NCBI GenBank assembly: GCA_036172245.1
Contig: JAYWIR010000066.1
Coordinates: 124,001-188,000, forward strand
DNA: 64,000 nucleotides
Source: Raillietiella orientalis
Lineage: Eukaryota
Direction: 5' to 3'
Shown here: one piece after another, positions 61,301 to 64,000 of the stretch
Layout of the letters: every line of letters begins with the position of its first letter
Position numbering within the stretch: the stretch's first letter is position 1
Notes under the pieces: generated by a model
Database searches by the model: none
What the model was told of the DNA's origin: nothing
Seen by the model: only the letters and a program-made list of their open reading frames with translations
Position numbers and translations under genes: made by a program

Positions 61301-63466
61301 GGATGCGGGCGACCTCGAAGCTGCTGGAGGGACAGTCCTCGATGTTTTCGAACATCGGCAGGTTGCTGGTGCACCATAGGGTGAGCGCACGATTCATGTT
61401 CCTGAGAAAAGAGGGGGCATGGGTGAAGGAAAGGGCAGGTGCCCCCTCCCCGTTCCACGAGCAGCGGCCGCTGCTGCTGCTGCTGCTTACACGCAGAACG
61501 GCTCGTAGCCTTCTTGAAGCCCACACACCGTGAAGTATTTCAGGGCGCTGAGGTCCTGACCCATGAGGATCTTCACCTTCTGCCCCACCCCGAGCGTCCA
61601 TGCCGGAACGAAGGAGTCCCCCGCTATGTCCTTGAAGGCGATCTCCTCCCCCAGGCTGTCCATCAGGAATGCGCCGTTCAGGGAGAAACCTGGAACGAGC
61701 GAGCAGGCGGAGTCCCGACTCAGCTCTTCCGAGAGCGGAACGCCCCCCTAGAGAGAATAAGGAGGAGGCGGAAGGGACATGGGTCGTGTTGGTGGTCAGG
61801 GAGACCTCGGACAGAGTGGCAGGCGGAAGCAGATCTTTCCGATTTCCTAGGTTGCCGAAAGTCGCGTTCTCTGGAAGCATGGGATCAGGCTGTGGCTCAT
61901 TCTTCCTCCCCCCATCCACGGCTGAAGGGACAGACGCGAGCTTCGTGGCCTTGGCTTCGCGAGAAGCTGATCAAAAGGGTGGAAATGGGATGCGAACCCC
62001 GGGACGCACCTATCATTACGTTCCTTACGGCGAGAGCGAGGAAGGTCACGGAACCACGCTCCATGGCCGACCCCGGTCAGGCTGCACCAGCAGTAACGGT
62101 CGAGGAAAAGGAGATGGCGGAGGGGGAAAGCACTTTTAGGAGGAGGAAGACCACCCACAGAGCATGCGCGGCCTGGACGGCTGCCAGCCCACCCCTTACT
62201 CCCCTGCCAGTTCCGAAGACCTCAAAGCTTTCCTCCCTCGGGACGGAAGGAAAAGGCCGAAGGCGGATGTTTCCGAATAACCGGCCGCTGACGAAGAGGC
62301 TCTGCAAACGGACGGGGGTGACCTTCGGAGGCAGGCGACGTTGTCGATTGTGGGGGCGTGCTCGTGGAACTGGATGGTCACTCATCCGGGTGTGCAAGTG
62401 ACTGATGTCCCACCCTGGGCAGACCCGTTCGTTGGTTATGGATAGTGGTCGCCGTGCACGAATTTCCCGTCCTCTTCCGAGAAATTCTGTCAGCCGGAGA
62501 GCGTCACCATGGGGGATGCTTCTGATCATCGACGCGTCCTGCGGCTCGAACCCGTCCGTTCTTGCTCAGAGCAAGGGAGTTGTACCCCCCACTCCTCCCC
62601 CTCACCCCCAAAAGATAGACAACATAGGGTGAGTCCACTGCTACAGCATCCCGATGCTACTGAAGGGATCGATGGAGTGGGAATCACCCGGAAACCGGAT
62701 TCTTTTTTCTTTTTTTTCTCGATCATTCCAGATCCCTTGGGCGGTTTTCTCGGTTTAGAGAAAGTTCTACTCCAAAAGAGCTCGCAGGGATCCGGAAGCG
62801 GGATCAAACCGAGGAGGAGGAGGGGCCTCTGCTCCCGCTGTCTCGGCCGTCGTCTTTGGTAGCACCTGCACCCCTCACTGGAGCTCCCTCACCCCGGCGA
62901 CACGACCCGCGCGTCCCGCAAGAATGTAGGCAGCAACAGGAGGAGGGAACGGCGACGATTTACGGCATCTCTGCCGGTCTCGTTCCGCTTCCTCTTCCCC
63001 GCACCCCCCTCCCCTTCCATCCTTCCGCCGTACCCCAGATGGCTCCGGGATCGTATATTCGTTTGGTAGCGTCCCTACATGTTTGGGAAATCGTCCGCCG
63101 CTTCTGCCTGGCAAGTGGGTCATTCAGAAGCCGACCAGGTTTTCATTAAAGAGGGCATTTTCAACCCTCTGGATACGCTTTCCTGGAAGAGAAGGGGGAG
63201 AATGGAGGAAGAAGAAGAAGAGGAAGGAAGGCAGAAAAGAGGAAGAAGAGAAGAGGAAGAGTAGAGGTGAAGGAAGAGGAGGTAAAAAGGAAGAGGAGGA
63301 GGATAGAGGCATCACAGGCGTCTCATCCATGCTATGCGAAGAGCAAGTTAAGTGGAGGAAACTCACTGATGGTGCGGTCCACCAGATCCAGGAAGACCCC
63401 GACGATGTCCCCAACCTTCCACTGCTTCCCAAACCTCTGCGTGGTCCCAGCGTGTAGCTTTCTTTC
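1184..63466 (-). CDS. RyR: Ryanodine receptor, partial: 46 spliced exons, ~2552 aa (SPRY2 to bridging solenoid); 5' and 3' ends outside the window
   Basis: Exon translations carry hallmark RyR segments ([62 protein letters not shown]). All 45 junctions are GT..AG and exon lengths keep one frame. Confidence 0.97.
2546..2704 (-). CDS. RyR: RyR exon w45 ([30 protein letters not shown])
   Basis: CAG/GTAC. Confidence 0.93.
3190..3610 (+). repeat. Interspersed repeat family 1, partial copy
   Basis: Near-identical to 24625-25035 and 59450-60035 (ggttccgtccgttacgtcactctcgcaccagccagaacgat). Confidence 0.9.
3958..4059 (-). CDS. RyR: RyR exon w44 ([18 protein letters not shown]...)
   Basis: CAG/GTAG; EEQNF motif; donor position less certain. 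Confidence 0.85.
6880..7237 (-). repeat. Interspersed repeat family 2, diverged copy C
   Basis: ggagctgccggcatcgaacgcatg...ggcccctgcgattttctggcag shared with 58499-58559. Confidence 0.85.
7935..8114 (-). CDS. RyR: RyR exon w43 ([19 protein letters not shown]...VADIFNIW)
   Basis: CAG/GTGAGT. Confidence 0.94.
8170..8327 (-). CDS. RyR: RyR exon w42 ([16 protein letters not shown]...DTSQ)
   Basis: CAG/GTGAG. Confidence 0.93.
8383..8498 (-). CDS. RyR: RyR exon w41 ([10 protein letters not shown]...[16 protein letters not shown])
   Basis: CAG/GTGAG. Confidence 0.93.
10030..10944 (+). mobile_element. Internally deleted piggyBac-like DNA transposon remnant
   Basis: Termini CCCTTTGAGTGC and GAACCCAAAGGG; subterminal inverted similarity; acidic tract; Cys-rich PRRKCI...[15 protein letters not shown] resembling the piggyBac C-terminal domain. 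Confidence 0.6.
11420..12110 (+). mobile_element. tRNA-derived SINE-like element, family 3
   Basis: Head gtcgcgagtttcgaatccccc resembles a B box; body matches the reverse complements of the 30.2-31.2k, 32.2k and 36.7-37.3k copies. Confidence 0.65.
12996..13185 (-). CDS. RyR: RyR exon w40 (MPTLDE...[19 protein letters not shown])
   Basis: CAG/GTAAGT. Confidence 0.94.
13239..13402 (-). CDS. RyR: RyR exon w39 ([18 protein letters not shown]...)
   Basis: [15 protein letters not shown] motif. Confidence 0.94.
14457..14538 (-). CDS. RyR: RyR exon w38 ([19 protein letters not shown])
   Basis: CAG/GTAG; this frame is absent from the ORF track. Confidence 0.9.
17098..17230 (-). CDS. RyR: RyR exon w37 (RGTHLRTS...[11 protein letters not shown]...YGKDLL)
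   Basis: CAG/GTAA. Confidence 0.93.
17286..17388 (-). CDS. RyR: RyR exon w36 ([20 protein letters not shown])
   Basis: CAG/GTGAG. Confidence 0.93.
20607..20717 (-). CDS. RyR: RyR exon w35 (LFCKLA...[12 protein letters not shown])
   Basis: CAG/GTGAG. Confidence 0.92.
20784..20905 (-). CDS. RyR: RyR exon w34 ([10 protein letters not shown]...[10 protein letters not shown])
   Basis: TAG/GTAG; KEKEMV motif. Confidence 0.92.
23419..23638 (-). CDS. RyR: RyR exon w33 ([14 protein letters not shown]...DVKFFTK)
   Basis: CAG/GTCG. Confidence 0.9.
23819..23942 (-). CDS. RyR: RyR exon w32 ([15 protein letters not shown]...LLKFLQYQG)
   Basis: TAG/GTGC. Confidence 0.94.
24488..25141 (+). repeat. Interspersed repeat family 1, copy 2
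   Basis: Starts gggccctttggacgtggccagctgtaaactc and ends gggccgtaggttg, matching 59299-60134. Confidence 0.92.
25379..25532 (-). CDS. RyR: RyR exon w31, Repeat4 ([18 protein letters not shown]...[12 protein letters not shown])
   Basis: TAG/GTAA. Confidence 0.93.
25691..25804 (-). CDS. RyR: RyR exon w30 ([24 protein letters not shown]...)
   Basis: CAG/GTAAC. Confidence 0.9.
25858..26026 (-). CDS. RyR: RyR exon w29, Repeat3 ([18 protein letters not shown]...HPRIKPY)
   Basis: CAG/GTGAG; RyR repeat motif. Confidence 0.93.
26085..26245 (-). CDS. RyR: RyR exon w28 ([24 protein letters not shown]...YDPRPI)
   Basis: CAG/GTGAGT; this donor is required by phase. Confidence 0.9.
26304..26444 (-). 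CDS. RyR: RyR exon w27 ([13 protein letters not shown]...[10 protein letters not shown]...IFDSL)
   Basis: TAG/GTGC. Confidence 0.93.
26591..26681 (-). CDS. RyR: RyR exon w26 ([13 protein letters not shown]...YTTVALR)
   Basis: CAG/GTAAG. Confidence 0.93.
26737..26957 (-). CDS. RyR: RyR exon w25 ([13 protein letters not shown]...LTKAQRE)
   Basis: CAG/GTCAG. Confidence 0.93.
27353..27411. repeat. Three copies of the 17-mer TGTTGATACATATTTAC
   Basis: Copies at 27353, 27371 and 27395. Confidence 0.9.
30230..31190 (-). mobile_element. SINE-like family 3 copy
   Basis: attcgaacccgcga head near 31134; ccccatgaatccaggaagggctccggag body. Confidence 0.6.
32245..32750 (-). mobile_element. SINE-like family 3 copy, head degraded or missing
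   Basis: ccacccgagggtgcgtgtcactcttcgagtta and gtgaatccaggaagggatccggag match other copies. Confidence 0.6.
33464..33733 (-). CDS. RyR: RyR exon w24 ([21 protein letters not shown]...FLERVYGIE)
   Basis: CAG/GTGAGT. Confidence 0.95.
33803..34000 (-). CDS. RyR: RyR exon w23 (...[15 protein letters not shown]...LLGRCAP)
   Basis: CAG/GTGAGT. Confidence 0.93.
35537..35816 (-). CDS. RyR: RyR exon w22 (LSRCGLQSN...[16 protein letters not shown]...[14 protein letters not shown])
   Basis: CAG/GTAA; very strong RyR signature. Confidence 0.96.
36730..37314 (-). mobile_element. SINE-like family 3 copy
   Basis: gggattcgaacccgcgacgcctggcgccacg at 37249 is the reverse of a GGTTCGAATCC B box and matches 11455-11490. 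Confidence 0.65.
37630..37844 (-). CDS. RyR: RyR exon w21 ([11 protein letters not shown]...[11 protein letters not shown]...LALALR)
   Basis: CAG/GTAAG; RIH-type motifs. Confidence 0.95.
37911..38088 (-). CDS. RyR: RyR exon w20 (NKVFFQH...[15 protein letters not shown])
   Basis: TAG/GTGAG. Confidence 0.92.
38154..38427 (-). CDS. RyR: RyR exon w19 ([14 protein letters not shown]...IRSLLPVQM)
   Basis: AAG/GTAA; conserved MFSLLLRQY. Confidence 0.9.
38476..38596 (-). CDS. RyR: RyR exon w18, divergent region (VKRKEENGG...VENKE)
   Basis: CAG/GTGTG; could be fused to the next exon if the 48-bp intron is retained. Confidence 0.75.
38784..38985. repeat. Degenerate pentamer array (ACCTR/AACCT-like)
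   Basis: Visible 5-bp periodicity: gacct gacct aacct aaact gatct. Confidence 0.75.
39446..39589 (-). CDS. RyR: RyR exon w17 (MDIIIRFKQ...CPLSNDLR...EEQ)
   Basis: CAG/GTTG; phase 0-0. Confidence 0.87.
40126..40330. repeat. Low-complexity polypyrimidine (CTT/CCT) tract
   Basis: Mostly C/T over ~200 bp. Confidence 0.85.
41574..41672 (-). CDS. RyR: RyR exon w16 (DQLRRY...[15 protein letters not shown])
   Basis: AAG/GTGG; KTREFR motif. Confidence 0.92.
41734..41897 (-). CDS. RyR: RyR exon w15 ([11 protein letters not shown]...[12 protein letters not shown])
   Basis: CAG/GTGG; LRHRVE motif. Confidence 0.93.
42104..42219 (-). CDS. RyR: RyR exon w14 ([11 protein letters not shown]...[10 protein letters not shown])
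   Basis: TAG/GTGAGT. Confidence 0.92.
42820..44300. mobile_element. AT-rich foldback/MITE-like element
   Basis: Abrupt AT-rich island; 42915-42950 is the approximate reverse complement of 44083-44118. Confidence 0.6.
45699..45848 (-). CDS. RyR: RyR exon w13 (...[14 protein letters not shown])
   Basis: CAG/GTAAG; RDP.GG motif. Confidence 0.92.
45916..46056 (-). CDS. RyR: RyR exon w12 ([11 protein letters not shown]...SIRPKL)
   Basis: TAG/GTAAG; phase fits. Confidence 0.9.
46113..46310 (-). CDS. RyR: RyR exon w11 ([13 protein letters not shown]...[12 protein letters not shown])
   Basis: CAG/GTAC; conserved motifs. Confidence 0.94.
47150..47540 (-). mobile_element. SINE-like family 3 partial copy
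   Basis: gaattcgaacccgcgacc...cgccacgcgcgcgg head. Confidence 0.45.
48708..48814 (+). repeat. ~105-bp direct repeat, copy 1
   Basis: agctccctggatccttcagcggactgtctccggcgatcacc identical at ~51354. Confidence 0.9.
49565..49776 (-). CDS. RyR: RyR exon w10 ([10 protein letters not shown]...[16 protein letters not shown])
   Basis: CAG/GTAC; conserved motifs. Confidence 0.94.
51308..51416 (+). repeat. ~105-bp direct repeat, copy 2
   Basis: Matches 48708-48814. Confidence 0.9.
51848..51886. other. Perfect 18-bp hairpin with 3-nt loop
   Basis: GAAGTACCATGAGGGCAC-TTT-GTGCCCTCATGGTACTTC. Confidence 0.95.
52161..52528 (+). repeat. Interspersed repeat family 2, copy A
   Basis: Reverse complement of 58301-58668; the track shows an identical 96-aa ORF in both. 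Confidence 0.95.
53500..54600. mobile_element. AT-rich foldback/MITE-like element, same family as 42.8-44.3k
   Basis: 53508-53520 is the exact reverse complement of 54447-54459; 53583-53611 approximates the reverse complement of 54323-54352; shares aagattacgaaaaa and ttaaaataaatttgca with the other island. Confidence 0.65.
55010..55334 (-). CDS. RyR: RyR exon w9, SPRY3 (QNCYVV...[12 protein letters not shown]...LQFELG...NPQ)
   Basis: CAG/GTGAG; conserved motifs. Confidence 0.94.
55412..55701 (-). CDS. RyR: RyR exon w8, SPRY3 ([26 protein letters not shown])
   Basis: TAG/GTGAGT; conserved SPRY3 motif. Confidence 0.93.
56143..56272 (-). CDS. RyR: RyR exon w7, divergent region (FFRKSKE...RFST)
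   Basis: TAG/GTAAG; phase fits. Confidence 0.8.
56341..56470 (-). CDS. RyR: RyR exon w6 (NLVRTVSE...KKRGISPF)
   Basis: CAG/GTAG; KKRG.SPF resembles insect RyR. Confidence 0.85.
58301..58668 (-). repeat. Interspersed repeat family 2, copy B (inverted relative to A)
   Basis: Near-perfect reverse complement of 52161-52528. Confidence 0.95.
59299..60134 (+). repeat. Interspersed repeat family 1, longest copy with 155-bp extra segment
   Basis: Direct sequence match to the other two copies. Confidence 0.92.
60449..60592 (-). CDS. RyR: RyR exon w5, divergent region ([17 protein letters not shown]...)
   Basis: TAG/GTGAG; phase 1-1 compatible; EDAVESDE. Confidence 0.82.
60651..60784 (-). CDS. RyR: RyR exon w4 ([18 protein letters not shown]...SGFSLSDIK)
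   Basis: CAG/GT; arthropod-type RW..IR.RQ and SGFS.SDIK; phase fits. Confidence 0.9.
61177..61401 (-). CDS. RyR: RyR exon w3 (NMNRALTLW...[10 protein letters not shown])
   Basis: CAG/GTGAGT; conserved PPCLKITH and RLSLPV. Confidence 0.92.
61491..61689 (-). CDS. RyR: RyR exon w2, SPRY2 (FSLNG...[11 protein letters not shown])
   Basis: CAG/GTAAG sites; conserved GLQEGYEPF. Confidence 0.93.
62334..62425 (-). pseudogene. Degenerate copy of an RyR SPRY3 exon fragment
   Basis: 22-bp exact match 62352-62373 = 55465-55486 within ~90 bp of similarity; TGG changed to TGA, plus indels. Confidence 0.75.
63185..63305. repeat. Low-complexity polypurine (GAA/GAG) tract
   Basis: Mostly G/A over ~120 bp. 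Confidence 0.85.
63367..63466 (-). CDS. RyR: RyR exon w1, SPRY2 (ERKLHAG...[16 protein letters not shown])
   Basis: 100 bp; AG acceptor, GTGAGT donor; SPRY2 motif. Confidence 0.93.
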
Positions 63467-64000
63467 CTGAAAGCAGATACAGAGAGCAGCTCTCCCGAGC
63501 CGATTCGAGCGCGAAGAGCGACTTCTAGCATGCACGCGCGCCGACCTCGTCTTGACCACCTGGTCGTCCCGCTTCAACCATCCACATCTCGTCTGCCTGC
63601 CCGTTGGACTCCCCCCTCCCCCTCACTCGGTCCCAGCAGCTAGCGTTGAAGATGATCATCCGAAGGATCAGAAGGGGAGGAGGTCGCCGCGCTCGAATTC
63701 GACAGGGATAAACTCACTCGCCTGGATACGGACGGAGCCGGAGAACTGGCGTCCTCAGGAACGCTCTTCAGCTCTCGGGAAGGTGGGTGGAGGGGAAGAA
63801 GCTGCTCACAAATGGAGCTCTTCTTGCCGTCGCAGCGCGCTTGCAGTGAGGCTCCAAGAGTAAGCAGCTCGCGAAAGGATGCGTGTCCAGCAGGAGCGAC
63901 CTCCGTGCCGACCGAGGTAGCAGCGAGCTTCCCAGACCAAACCTCCCAAGACCGAATGAAGCAACTCCAAGGTTCACAGGCGGGAAATCCATCCCTCCTT

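Noticed and set aside
60445..62401. Long ORFs of 320-359 aa on both strands
   Set aside because: Alternative-frame or antisense shadows of RyR exons in GC-rich DNA.

Overview
Eukaryotic, GC-rich genomic DNA, most likely arthropod (inferred from protein similarity). The whole window is the central part of one large minus-strand ryanodine receptor (RyR) gene. I traced 46 exons by hand between 63466 and 1184. Every junction is GT..AG and phase-compatible, giving 7656 nt, about 2552 aa, in one continuous frame running from SPRY2 through SPRY3, the junctional and bridging solenoids and Repeat3&4 to just before the calmodulin-binding segment. The gene's 5' and 3' ends lie outside the window. Introns are bimodal: about 20 are 48-89 bp, and the longest are several kb and full of repeats. 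Intron content includes a tRNA-derived SINE-like family, two other interspersed families, two AT-rich foldback-like elements, a deleted piggyBac-like element, hairpins and decayed coding-like fragments. Most notable: a near-identical ~370-bp inverted repeat pair bracketing four exons, a degenerate copy of an RyR SPRY3 exon fragment in an upstream intron, and no RRxS kinase motif in the Repeat3&4 loop. Most ORFs in the supplied track are spurious. I found no convincing wholly novel system; family calls for the decayed fragments are from recalled motifs and need searches.
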